Shown here piece after piece: positions 1 to 10,140 of a DNA stretch of 26,386 bases. The DNA is taken from contig NC_057718.1 of the NCBI RefSeq assembly GCF_004010195.1, positions 83,558,503-83,584,888 of the forward strand, in the 5' to 3' direction. The DNA is from Chiloscyllium plagiosum. Taxonomy: Eukaryota. The stretch's first letter is position 1. Every line of letters starts with the position of its first letter. Position numbers and translations under genes: made by a program. Below the pieces are notes generated by a model. The model saw nothing but the letters and a program-made list of their open reading frames with translations, had not been told where the DNA came from and ran no database searches.

Positions 1-145
1 GGTAGGTAAGTTCTTGGTAGGCAGAGGAAAATCAAGGGTTAGTTGGGGTAGATGGGAATGGGGAATATGAAACAAAGGTCAGCCACAATCTTACTAAATG
101 GTGGAGCAGGCGCAAAGGGCTGCATTTCTGCTCCTATTTCACGTG
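1..145 (+). mobile_element. CR1-type LINE 3' end (decayed)
   Basis: atcaagggtta...ggtcagccacaatctt...aatggtggagcaggc..aagggc...ctgctcctattt resembles elasmobranch CR1 3' UTRs. Confidence 0.65.
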
Positions 146-255
146 TGCATATTTTCATTAGATATTATCAAAGAAAGCTTAGCGCATTTCTTCAAAATAT
201 CTTGTGTACGGTGCATACTGCTGCCACTGTACACCAGTAACCGGTAGTCTGAATA

Positions 256-560
256 GACGGCACAGTGGCTCAGCGGTTAGCCGTGCTGCCTCACAGCGCC
301 AGGGACCCGGGTTCGATCCCAGCCTCGGGTGACTGTCTGTGTAGGAGTTTGCACATTCTCCCAGTGTCTGCGTGGGTTGCCTCCGGCTGCTCCGGTTTCC
401 TCCACAGTCCAAAGACGTGCAGGTCAGGTGGATTGGCCAGGCTAAATTGCCCATTTAGTTAGGGGGAAATGGGCCTGGGTGGGTTACTCTTCGGAGGGTC
501 GGTGTGGACTAGTTGGGCCGAAGGACCTGTTTCCACACTGTAGGTAATCTAATCTAAAAA
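256..560 (+). mobile_element. HE1-type V-SINE (tRNA-derived)
   Basis: A box TGGCTCAGCGG, B box GGTTCGATCCC, V-domain gagtttgcacattctcccagtgtctgcgtgggtt, CR1-like tail gggccgaaggacctgtttccacactgtagg followed by (TAATC)n. Confidence 0.92.
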
Positions 561-728
561 TGGTAATCGGGTGCCAAACAAATGACTGCTTTTTGACAGT
601 ATACAAGCAACTCTGCCATCTAGCATAAAGCAACTTACTTGACTGATGCTCTGACTACAGACCTCAACAGCCACACTTACCCCACCAGCACACAACAGCA
701 GAATACATAATCAAAGAATACACAACAG

Positions 729-946
729 TATAGGTAGTTCTTCTATAACATGATGGTTGCATTCTCGTGCAACCCTGCATTATAGAAAAATCACGCTTTA
801 AAAAGTGCTTATAGTGTTGGTGAGAAAACATCCGAAAATCGTGTTACAGCAACAACTTTTAAAAGTTTGCACTTCAGAAACAGTGTCCCTAGTTCATCAA
901 TTGTGTTACAACAAATGCAACAAGTATTACAGCAGAATGACCTATA
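729..946. mobile_element. MITE / non-autonomous Tc1-mariner (MER6/Tigger-like) element
   Basis: Terminal inverted repeats tataggtagttcttctataaca (729-750) and tattacagcagaatgacctata (925-946) match at 17/22, with TA at both outer ends. Confidence 0.65.
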
Positions 947-1039
947 GTCCACTAACAGAATCACTGTGACACCTATCACTGACAAAGACAATAGCAGTTA
1001 GGATCATTAAAATCCGACTGCCTCAATGCACTACTCCAA

Positions 1040-1170
1040 TTTGCACACCATCCTGACTTGGACAAGTTCTGCTGTTTCTTCAATGCAGCTGGGTACACAT
1101 ACTTGAAAATCTTTTGCCATCAACACCATGGAAACACCATTAGCATAAGGATTGAAGTATTTCAAGATAC
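1040..1170 (+). mobile_element. Old CR1/L2-group LINE 3' remnant
   Basis: cacaccatcctgacttgga...gctgggt...ttcaaga resembles a common shark LINE 3' region; highly decayed. Confidence 0.4.
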
Positions 1171-1281
1171 TTGAGCAGGCTCAATGAGTTTCCTGAAGAA
1201 GGGCTTATGCCCGAAATGTCGATTCTCCTGTTCCCTGGATGCTGCCTGACCTGCTGCGCTTTTCCAGCAACTTCAAGATAC
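1161..1281 (+). mobile_element. Penelope-like terminal fragment with 10-bp target duplication
   Basis: TTCAAGATAC at 1161-1170 and 1272-1281 flanks cctgaagaagggcttatgcccgaaatgtcgattctcctg...ttccagcaac, which is nearly identical to the copies at 14167 and 20678. Confidence 0.8.
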
Positions 1282-2364
1282 ACTTTTGACTTCTCAGAGA
1301 AAATAGGATTGAACTAAAAACATCAATCTACTAAAACTAGAGAACAAAATGTTTAAAAATGGAAGGTCAGGTAAGATAGAGGAGGACTGCAAATTTTGCT
1401 CCAAGTGTGCAAATGTTATTGTCAATGCAGTTACTCCACTAGCTGTTGTTCTTAAGATTTCAAGTGCTATATTGTATTTGACTGAAGTTAAATAAAAAAG
1501 CTGCCTCATTACTCTAAATAATTGTTTTATTTTTAAGAAAATTCAAGACTGTACTTTGGAAGATGCATGGACTGACTTATCAAGGACCAGATCAAAACTT
1601 TTTTCATTTTAAAATGGAGATACTAATATACAGACCTCATCAGGACAGAACTGGTTTTCACTTACGATTCTTTATGTCAGTACAATCTGTCGCCATTCAC
1701 CAATAGGCTCATACTTTATTGACCATTGGGATTTTATCTACAAAGTAATTTTGTCTCCTCCCTCAACTAGTACTCAAAGTATCTTCTTGCCAATGCTATT
1801 TCTCTCTTCCATTATACATCTTGTTCAATGAAAGGTAAGAATGCTTAACTTTATTTCCTTAAATTGAGATACCTGTCCTAGCATTCTTTTTTCCTTTTAG
1901 TCATACGCCAAAAGTGAATAAATTTTATTCTCCTGTATCATTCAGAAATCCACACCCTTCAAAAACAACATGACTGAGCAGGCTCAATGAGTCACTGTCG
2001 TATGCAAAACTAAGCTTTTATACCAGAATGTCACAGCTTTGTTAAATTAACTGAATTTAGAAAGAACAATGGTTTCCCCCAAATCCCTGGAATAATAAAG
2101 CAAATAAGTAAATGTAGAAGTAAAATAAATCAGGCAAGAATCACGTCCCTGATTCCTAACCAATAATCCCTGTAGATCAATGCAGTCTTATGGAATCCAG
2201 ATAAAAACTAGGTTTGGTTTTCATAGCACAAGTAGCTTGCCAACACACACTGCACGGTCTTAGGCATCAGGAGTAGTCACTTGGGTGAGGTACTGAAATG
2301 TTGGAACCACCCTGTGAAACAATACTTCTATAAGTTTAGGCATTGCATGAAGATGTACATTGCA

Positions 2365-2532
2365 TTGCCCTATAAATGGTTTAAAGATTTGTACCAGTTT
2401 TGAATCTGAAGGCGAGGAGGGTAAGTGGACATATAGTTATTTCATCAATCTGTTCAGACAGGTTATGGTACATCTCTCAAACAGGTGGGACTTGAACCTG
2501 GACCCTCTATCAGATACAGGGATAAGAGCCCC
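2365..2532 (-). mobile_element. Decayed tRNA-derived SINE-like segment, duplicated at 3334-3488
   Basis: The minus strand has a B-box-like GGTTCAAGTCCC, and the segment is colinear with 3334-3488. Confidence 0.55.
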
Positions 2533-2790
2533 TTCAAGAACTGCATAGTTATACTATTCAAAAATATGCATTATTCTCCTAAAGAAAGATTTTCTCTACA
2601 TTTCACTTCTTTATCTTGATTGCACAAAATACCTGAAATTAATGATTGGTTAGTCTGAGTTTTGCTTTATTCTTCAATTTCTCTCTTTCATTCCATCCAA
2701 GAGATTGCTCCCATTTTATGCATACTCATTTCTATTAACTACCTCTTAGTACAAACTTGTCAAATGCTTCCTAGCAATCTATATGAACAA

Positions 2791-3112
2791 GGGCGGCATG
2801 GTGGCTCAGTGGTTAGCACTGCTGCCTCACAGCACCAGGGATCCAAGTTCGATTCCCTCCTGGGGTGACTGTGTGGAGTTTGCACATTCTCCCTGTGTCT
2901 GTGTGGGTTTCCTCCCACAACCCAAAGATGTGCAGATTACGTGAATTGGCCATGCTAAATTGCCCATACTGTTCAGGGATGTGTAGACTAGGTGCATTAA
3001 TCAGGAGTAAATATAGGGATGGGGAACGGGTCTGGGTGGGTCACTCTTTGGAGGGTCGTGTTCGACTTGTTGGGCCGAAGGGCCTGTTTCCACACTGTAG
3101 GAATTCTAATTC
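2791..3112 (+). mobile_element. HE1-type V-SINE
   Basis: gggcggcatggtggctcagtggttagcactgctgcctcacagc...gttcgattccc...gggccgaagggcctgtttccacactgtagg; colinear with 256-560. Confidence 0.92.
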
Positions 3113-3190
3113 GAACAGACAATCATTTCCTTATCTACCATCTCATTCATCTCCTTAAAAGAATTCAATTAGATTCATTAGACATAACTT

Positions 3191-3680
3191 GCACTTTACA
3201 AAGTCGATAAACCTTGGCGCTGGAAAGAACACAACAGGTCAGGCAGCATCCGAGGAACAAGAGAATGGACATTTTGAGCAGGACTCTTCTTCAAGACTGG
3301 GGAGGGGAAAGGAGGTTGAGGGGTTGCCCTATAGCTTAAAGATTTGTACCTGTTTTGAATCTGAAGGTGACGAGTAGGTGGACATACATATATTTCATTA
3401 GCCTGTTCAGACATGTTATGGTATACCTCTCGAGCAGGTGGGACTTAAAGCTGAGCCTTCTGGATCAAAGATAGGGATAAGAGCCCCCATTTTTTTTCTC
3501 CCCCCATCTCTCAATCCCCTTCCCCACCCCAGTCCTGAAGAAGGGTCCTGCCCGAAACGTCAACTCTCTTGCCTCTTGGATGCTGCCTGACCTGCTGTGC
3601 CCTTTCCAGCACCATACTTTATCAACTCTGATTTCTCCAGCATCTACGGCCTCCGTTGTCTCCTAGCCGCACTTTACAAA
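3191..3680. mobile_element. Fold-back Penelope-like insertion with 12-bp target duplication and a captured core
   Basis: GCACTTTACAAA at 3191-3202 and 3669-3680; inverted arm ~3203-3332, forward arm ~3489-3668, unrelated core 3334-3488. Confidence 0.85.
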
Positions 3681-5134
3681 TTCTTGCTCTCTGATCAACC
3701 AATGATTTTCAAATGCTTAGTCACTCTATCCAGAAAAACAGATTCTAAGTCATCTACCATTGATGTTAAATCATAGGCCTAAAAACACCTTAGTTTATCT
3801 CTCTTGTCATTCTTAATGTGACTAGCAAAGGCATAAAATGTAATTTGCAGTGAGACAATTATACAAAAAAACCTACTTAATGCCACTATATGAATATGAT
3901 TGTCTTAAAAGAGGAAGAAATAATGAACAACCAGTTGTGTCTTTAAACTCATTTTAAGACTATGCCACTAACAATCTGTACTAAAAGTTTTACTCAAAGC
4001 AGAACAGGAGAAAACCACAAGAATCTTCCAAATACTTTTATGGTATCTAGCTTTGGTCCTAATTAAAGTGGATGCTTCTACAAAAGCTTAAACACCTAGG
4101 AACATTTTCCAAATGAACCTCAGTTAAAACAGCAAAAAAATTCACAAAATGGTTAAAATCAAATTGCAAACCAATCCAAAGTTAGAATAGCTAAAGAATG
4201 ACAGCAAAGTCCAACACCCCAAAATGTGAAAGTGTGGGCAAGAGAGAAAAAGATTGTGCCAAACAAACAAACTTGCACCATATGTCTAACTTCCTGCATT
4301 AACGATGCAGAGTTCCTGCATCCTTCAACACCAAGAATCAGAAGCTGAAATCTGTTGTAATGACAAAACTGTAGTGCTGCCAATCTTCAAGTGGCAAATT
4401 CACTTGGTAACATCAGAAAGTAACACAGTGAGCATGAAGATGGATAGAAAGTAAGATGGGACCAACGTCTGATAAAAATCCTAGATAAAAACGCATAACT
4501 GATTATTTAATAGAAACTCATTTAGGAGCAATAGGCATGATCTGTTGCACTTCGAACAAAATTTTCAAGTAGCTTTAAACAAATTGGTGAATTTGTATTG
4601 AAAGCATAGCATTGCATAAAATACACAAGATCAGCATTATTGGGCTCATACAGCCATTTAGTGAACATTTAATGAACTAAAATCTCAACTTAGAACTTAT
4701 CTGGCTATCAGAACATTTGATTACTTGAATGAAGTTTAAAGACCCCAATGAAATTCACAGAGCTAATCAGGCAACCTGAAAACTTGACTAGTTTGGAACC
4801 CTCTAGCACTGTTGTGTCATAGTTGAAGTGGCTATCAGTTAGATTATTCAGCAAATTTAACACTGTTATTGATTTTAAGCATCAGGGATGGAGTGAAGTT
4901 ATTATCATTATTTGAACCTTTCCAACATCATCTCTGGGATAACTCGAGTTCCAGAAAATGACAGCACGGAATATGTAACACAAATTACACAATGTTTCAT
5001 GGAGAATTTTTCATACATTTATTCTCAAAGTAAGAGAATCTCAACAGCACCAGCATTTATTGACCATTTCTAGTTGCATTGCCAACTACTGTAATTAACA
5101 GCTGACAAATTAGTGAAGCATTGATATGTTATAC

Positions 5135-5440
5135 CATAGAATACATTCAGAAACTGATCACAACAGGCCAAAAGACCATTTCCCACAGTGTGCTCATGCC
5201 AGTTGTCTGGAAGGACAACTTTCAGCTCCTTTTACGCACTTCATAGTCCTTCGCATTTTTTCCGACTTCAGTGGATTATCCAAATCTCTTCTGAAGGCCC
5301 TCAAAGAATCTGCCTCCACCACGTGCTCAGTTGGGAGTATACCAGATCCTAAACAGTTCTACGTGAAAAGTTTTTTCTTGTCACCATTGCTTCTTTCCAG
5401 TCACCATAAAACAATGTCCTCTGGATGTCAACATACCGTC
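5135..5440 (-). mobile_element. CR1-type LINE 3' end (decayed)
   Basis: acaggcc...ccatt...ttatccaaatctcttctgaagg...gaatctgcctccaccac...ccagatcct...gtgaaaagttttttct is the typical reverse complement of a CR1 3' end. Confidence 0.65.
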
Positions 5441-6076
5441 AAAAAACAGTTCTGTCCCTACTTTTTTCTACCCAGACACGTTTTGCAAACGTCTCCTGTT
5501 AAAATTTTCTATTTTACACAAGCCAGACCTGGGTGGGAACAAAAGATTTTCTTCCCCAAGGGCGTCACTGGGATTTTGACAACAGATTTGTTGACTTTCG
5601 TGTTGGTTCTACGCCGACTTCGTTACTTCAAGAGAAAAAAACCGAATGACAATTTAGAGTTTTTTTTGGTGTGGGGGGTGGGGGATCTGAACTCGCAAAT
5701 TGCGACTGGCCCTGTAGCCACAATACTAACCGGATCCAGCCTGAAATTCCCACACTAGGAAGAGTGGCGGAGGCCAGGAAGGGAGCAAGTTTTAAGCAAT
5801 CTCAGGCCTTATGGACGTAAATATTTTTAAAATTATGAAAACAGAGACAACCAACGCAGTCGCGCTAAGGCTGCAACCCTCCCCGAGATAAACAAGTCAG
5901 TAACTAACCCCCTCCCCCCTCCAGAGCGGGAGGAAGGGCAGTCCCTTCAGCTCAGGCACGGTGGCGGCTCTCTCCCCTGAGGGGGGTCAAAGGGTCCGGG
6001 GACCCCCTCACTCCCACTCCCACAACAGGCCATTCTACCCGCTCGGGCCTACTACGTCCTGGTGTCGTACACAAAC

Positions 6077-6184
6077 CTTGTAAACGTCGCCGTAGGTGCC
6101 GCTCCCGATCCTCTGGATCAGCTCGAAGTCCTCCTGCGGGTTCCTCCGGGACAGGTCGAAGCTTCCCTGAGAGTGGGCAGACAT
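6077..6184 (-). CDS. MAP4K3: First coding exon of MAP4K3 (GLK, STE20/GCK-I family kinase)
   Basis: Minus strand reads GCCACC-ATG (strong Kozak), then [36 protein letters not shown] (36 codons), then a phase-0 donor AAG|GTTTGT at 6076. [28 protein letters not shown] matches the vertebrate MAP4K3 N-terminus including the GxGxxG loop. Too short to appear in the ORF track. Confidence 0.95.
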
Positions 6185-6393
6185 GGTGGCTCCGGGCAGA
6201 AAGAACCAGAACAAGTGCAGGGTGGAGGGGGGGGGGGGTCAGCGGGGACCTTCCTGCGGGAGGTGGTAGCGCCTCTCAATCATCCCAACCCCCTCCCCTG
6301 CCTTACATTCAGCACAAACGGAGCCAAGACAGCAGCGGGTGAGAAGACAGCCTCCGACGAACCAGCAAAGCCCCCCCTCCCGTCGTCCCCACA

Positions 6394-6416
6394 AACAACA
6401 ACAACAGCAGCAGCAA
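6394..6416. repeat. Short (CAA)n(CAG)n microsatellite in the probable 5'UTR
   Basis: aacaacaacaacagcagcagcaa. Confidence 0.8.
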
Positions 6417-6463
6417 CTTCTTCCCGGAACCCCTAAAAACAAATCACAATCCAACACTCGAGC

Positions 6464-6474
6464 CAAACATGGCC
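6464..6474. promoter_or_regulatory. YY1-type motif overlapping an upstream ATG
   Basis: CAAACATGGCC contains AANATGGC, a motif typically found near or just downstream of CpG-island start sites. Confidence 0.45.
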
Positions 6475-6490
6475 TCCGAACGGCTGCAAC

Positions 6491-6502
6491 TGCGCGTGCG
6501 CA
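6491..6502. promoter_or_regulatory. NRF1-type motif
   Basis: TGCGCGTGCGCA (reverse complement TGCGCACGCGCA) fits YGCGCAYGCGCR and lies ~310 bp upstream of the ATG. Confidence 0.65.
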
Positions 6503-6544
6503 CTCCGGTCTGACGCGGCCGGGAATCGGACAGTTCTGCTGAGG

Positions 6545-6973
6545 CTGTCTGAGGCAAATGCACAAATCCACATAGATTATTAAAGTGTCTGTACTGTGTC
6601 CAAGACAAATGCATATACGTTTTAAATGTTTTTACTGTGTCCAAGGCAAATGCACGTATGCATATAAGTTATACATGTTTTGCTGTGTCCAAGGCAAATA
6701 CACATATCAATATAAATTTAAAATGTTTTTACTGTGTTTAAGGCAAATGCACACATGCATATAAATTATAAATGTTTTTACTGTGTCCAAGGCAAATGCA
6801 CACATTCATATAAGTTATAAATGTTTTGCTGTGTCCGAGGCAAATACACACCAATATAAATTAAAAATGTTTTTACTGTGTTTAAGGCAAATGCGCACAT
6901 GCATATAAATTATGAATGGTTTTACTGTATCCAAGACAAATTGACACTTCCATATAGATTATAAATATTTGTA
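6545..6973. repeat. AT-rich minisatellite, ~48-49-bp unit, 9 copies
   Basis: Units start at 6545, 6594, 6635, 6683, 6732, 6781, 6829, 6876 and 6925; consensus approximately CTGTGTCCAAGGCAAATGCACACATGCATATAAATTATAAATGTTTTTA. Confidence 0.93.
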
Positions 6974-7000
6974 TGCATGGAATTGCCATATAGATAAAGA

Positions 7001-7034
7001 TAACGTTTCGGGTCCAGTGACCCTTATTCAGAAC
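7001..7034 (-). mobile_element. Tiny Penelope-like fragment consisting mostly of the hammerhead motif
   Basis: Minus strand gtt-CTGAATA-a-gggtc-actg-gaccc-GAAACGTT-a; homologous to 8731-8766. Confidence 0.6.
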
Positions 7035-7089
7035 CGGAATGCCGAAAGACTGTCAGCTGTCTTCAGAAGACAGCTAACATGACTTCTGT

Positions 7090-7985
7090 GTAAAACAGTG
7101 AGAAGAAATCGCACAGGAAAATATAGAACAATTAGTTTAACACCAGTATAGAAAGCTAATGGAATCGTTAAGTAAGAATGGAATAGGAAAAAAACGAGAA
7201 ATTAAAACTACAATAGCAAATATCAAAAAGGAAGGTCATGTTTGAGGAACCTTCTTGATTCTTGCATGAAGTAACAGGCAGGGTACAGAGAGTAATGCAG
7301 TAGATATTAAACTTGGATTAAAAAAACATGCTTCATAAAGTAGGATACAGAAGAGTCAGGGGCTACTAGTAGAAAGTATCAAGCTAGCTACAAGGAAGGA
7401 AATGGTCAGATTGCCAAATGTTAGAAAGTGGTGTTCCAAAATTATGCTGGGACCATTCTTGTTCATCATTTATTTAAACAATTTGGGCTTGTTAATTGGA
7501 TGTATAATTTCAAAATTTGCAGATGCACCAATGTAAGTTGTGTAGTTATACAGAGAATTTGCAACAAAATATAGGAAGACATGAATAATTTTGCAGTATA
7601 ACTTGAGATGAAGAATAAAGTGGTCACATTTGGAAAACAAGTGCTGAAATGGGGTAGAGAAACAAAGCAATCTTAGTACTCAAATTCACAGATCAAAAAG
7701 TATATCAGCACTGGTTAAGAAGGCTGTAGGGGAAAAAGTCAAAAAAAATTCTATAACAATAGAATTAAAAAACAGAAAGCTTATGTTAAACTTGTATAGA
7801 ATTTGGTTCAGTCACACCTAATTCTCATTTTCATATTATAAACTGGACTTGTTGGCAAAGTAAAAGATGCAAAAAATTACGATCAGGATACCAGAATCAG
7901 ACAAAAAGCAGTGGAAGGAGGCTTGCGTGGAGTCACAAACACAATAATGGCCTGCCAGACCAAATGGCCCGTTGGTCTACTGTAC
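7090..7985 (+). mobile_element. Highly decayed CR1 LINE (RT region to 3' end)
   Basis: agtggtgttcca...gctgggaccattcttgttcatcatttatttaaacaatttg resembles SGVPQGSVLGPLLFxIYINDL; tcaaaatttgcagatg resembles SKFADD; CR1-like tail near 7950-7985. Confidence 0.7.
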
Positions 7986-8670
7986 AAACATTTTTTTATA
8001 ATTAAACATACTATTATCTGCACGTAAATTTTGATTCAATATGAATACAAATGTCAACATTTTTCCTTAGAGATACTGGCTGGCATTGTTTTAGACTTAT
8101 TCTTGAGGATGTGGGAAACACTTCGCAACCTAGAATGTGTCAAGCATTCCCAGTTGTCTTAAGTATCACATACAAAGTGTGGGACTGGAATCTCATATAA
8201 ACTAGACCAAATAATATTTTCTTAAATGTGCGTGTAACACTTCTGAACTGTCCTCCAATTTGTTTCTTGCTTTCTACAAGATGAAAGGTAATCTTCAGAT
8301 GTTACAACTTCAAGCAGAGCGTTGTGACACGCATATCCCCAAACCACAAACTACCCTGTGTGCTAGTAAGTGGCCATGCATCATATAGCCATGCAGTGTT
8401 ATCATGATTTAATATCTAAAGCCCTATGAAGATCTGTAGGACCCAAAGCTTTCAATTGTAAGTTGAGAATTCACTGCCAAAATATGTATACATACAAGAA
8501 GCAATGTGAAATCTATAAAGCCAAGCTTTATGAACATTTCTTTATAAAATACCCATAAAATATGTCTGTCACTAGCAAGGGTAACATTTATTGCCCATCT
8601 GAGCAAGTATATTGAGCCATTTTTGAGAATCACTGTCCCCATCATTGATGCTGTGAGAAACAAAGTTAAA

Positions 8671-8772
8671 GAAAAAAACAGAAAATCCTGGAAAAGTCAG
8701 TTCTGGCAGCATGTGTGGAGAGAAAGCAGAGTTAACACTTCAGGTCCAATAACCCTTCTTCAGAACAGTTCT
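8671..8772 (-). mobile_element. Penelope-like terminal fragment (second family)
   Basis: Minus strand gttctgaagaagggttattggacctgaagtgttaactctgctttctctccacacatgctgccagaac...ttttccagg, a degenerate hammerhead plus the shared downstream motif. Confidence 0.65.
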
Positions 8773-8799
8773 CTGCATTCAGGAACAATAAAACGTATC

Positions 8800-10140
8800 C
8801 AGTTTTTTCCCCAAAAATGTAGTTTATTTAAAAAATTTGTGAAAGTGCATTACAAAACAGTTGAACTTGAAAATTACAGAAAATGCAGTAAAATTCAACT
8901 TCTCTTCATACTGCATTTACCTCTCTGAGGTGCATCAATATAGTTTCAATGTTTATGATATTCACAAGGTACATTCTTAGTCAGATATACAACCTGAGGA
9001 TTTCTAAACAGTTTTAGCCCTCAGCATATGATGACTGAAAGGCCTTAAACAGCGACATTTCACTTCTGCTGCAGGTAGACCCACAGGTTTTTGGCGGACC
9101 AGAAAGAGTCCTTCATCAGTGGATGGTCCGCCAATCGCAGCTGATCTTTATGTCTGTATGTTTCTCTGAGAACAACCTGTAAAGCAAAAGGTCTTGCTTC
9201 ATGGAGTTACTTGGAAAGAACTTCAAGAAAAAACACTCCATATCTCTCCAAATCTTCTTCAAAAAGAAAAATTCCTCAAGCAGATGTACAATAGTCTCTT
9301 CCCCACCACAGCCCATGTAGTACCATGTGGAGGGCTTGAGACTCCAGGTGTTACCAGCCAAGCTATGTCATGGTTTGTAAGTCTTTGTCATAGAGTCATA
9401 GAGATGTACAGCACGGAAACAGACCCTTCGGTCCAAGTCATCCATGCTGACCAGATATCCCAACTCAATCTAGTCCCACCTGCCAGCATCTGGCCCATAT
9501 CCCTCCAAACCCTTCCTATTCATGTACCCATCCAGATGCCTTTTAAATGTTGCAATTGTACGAGTCTCCACCACTTCCTCTAAGAGGTATAGTTAGTAAG
9601 TTTGCAGTTGACAGCAAAATTGAAGATGTTGCAGTCAGTGAAGAAGGTTACCTCGGACTACAACGGGATCTTGATCAGGGCCATTGAGCTGAGAGTGACA
9701 GATAGAGTTTAATTTACATAAATGCAAGGTGCTGCATTTTAGGAAAGCAAATCTTAGCAGGACTTAAATACTTAATGGTAAGAAAGGGTTCAGAAAAGAT
9801 TTGGAAGAATGTTGCCAGGGTTGGAGGAATTGAGCTATAGGGAGTCATTCAATAGGCTGGGGCTGTCTTCCCTGGAGTGTCAGAGACTGAGAGGTGACCT
9901 TATAGAGGTTTACAAAATCATGAGATAGTCTGCTTGGAACCATGTGACACAAACTCCGATATTCTTTTCCTGCAGAACTTGAAGACTTTACGTGTTGACC
10001 GCTTCCTGATGAATTTATGGTGTTGTTTTCCATACGATTTTCCATGAAGGGCGTTCAACAACTTTGAGCATTCTGCAGCAACCTATCTACACGCATTCTT
10101 CACAAAACTGGGAACAGAAAGAACCTCAGCACAGAACCAG
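8800..10140 (-). mobile_element. Tx1/L1-clade LINE 3' portion, interrupted by CR1 at 9386-9925
   Basis: T-run and TTTATT (minus-strand AATAAA) at ~8803-8829. ORF 9116-9361 gives GCGGEETIVHLLEE..KKIW, a decayed ORF2 C-terminal zinc knuckle. Confidence 0.7.
9386..9925. mobile_element. CR1 (HER1-like) insertion with internal inversion
   Basis: 9386-9582 is a minus-strand 3' end (gtcatagagtcatagag tail repeat). 9583-9925 is plus-strand RT sequence (agtaagtttgcagttgac resembling SKFADD; agactgagaggtgaccttatagaggtttacaaaatcatgag = RLRGDLIEVYKIM). Confidence 0.8.

Larger units (their letters stand above)
1..6076 (-). other. Intron 1 of MAP4K3 (continues beyond the left edge)
   Basis: Starts at the GT donor after the exon. 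I found no exon-2-like kinase sequence in 1-6076, which is repeat-rich and AT-rich. Confidence 0.8.
5850..6545. promoter_or_regulatory. CpG-island-like promoter / 5'UTR region of MAP4K3
   Basis: Sharp rise in GC and CpG density around the first exon compared with AT-rich, CpG-poor flanks. Confidence 0.8.

Noticed and set aside
256..330. tRNA gene (also near 2791 and 11410-11475)
   Set aside because: The A and B boxes continue into the SINE body and tail; these are SINE heads, not complete tRNAs.
5126..5758. Longest ORF (210 aa, plus strand)
   Set aside because: Largely antisense to a decayed CR1 3' end inside MAP4K3 intron 1; no recognisable domain.
6270..6306. RNA G-quadruplex in the MAP4K3 leader
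   Set aside because: Only three G-tracts of three or more on the transcribed-sense strand; the long G run at 6227-6238 is on the opposite strand.
6062..6571. Overlapping ORFs with poly-G, poly-T/A, poly-Q or poly-C runs
   Set aside because: By-products of GC-rich sequence and the CAA/CAG microsatellite around the real MAP4K3 exon.
6545..6973. CRISPR-like repeat-spacer array
   Set aside because: The apparent spacers are homologous to each other, the context is eukaryotic, and there are no cas genes.
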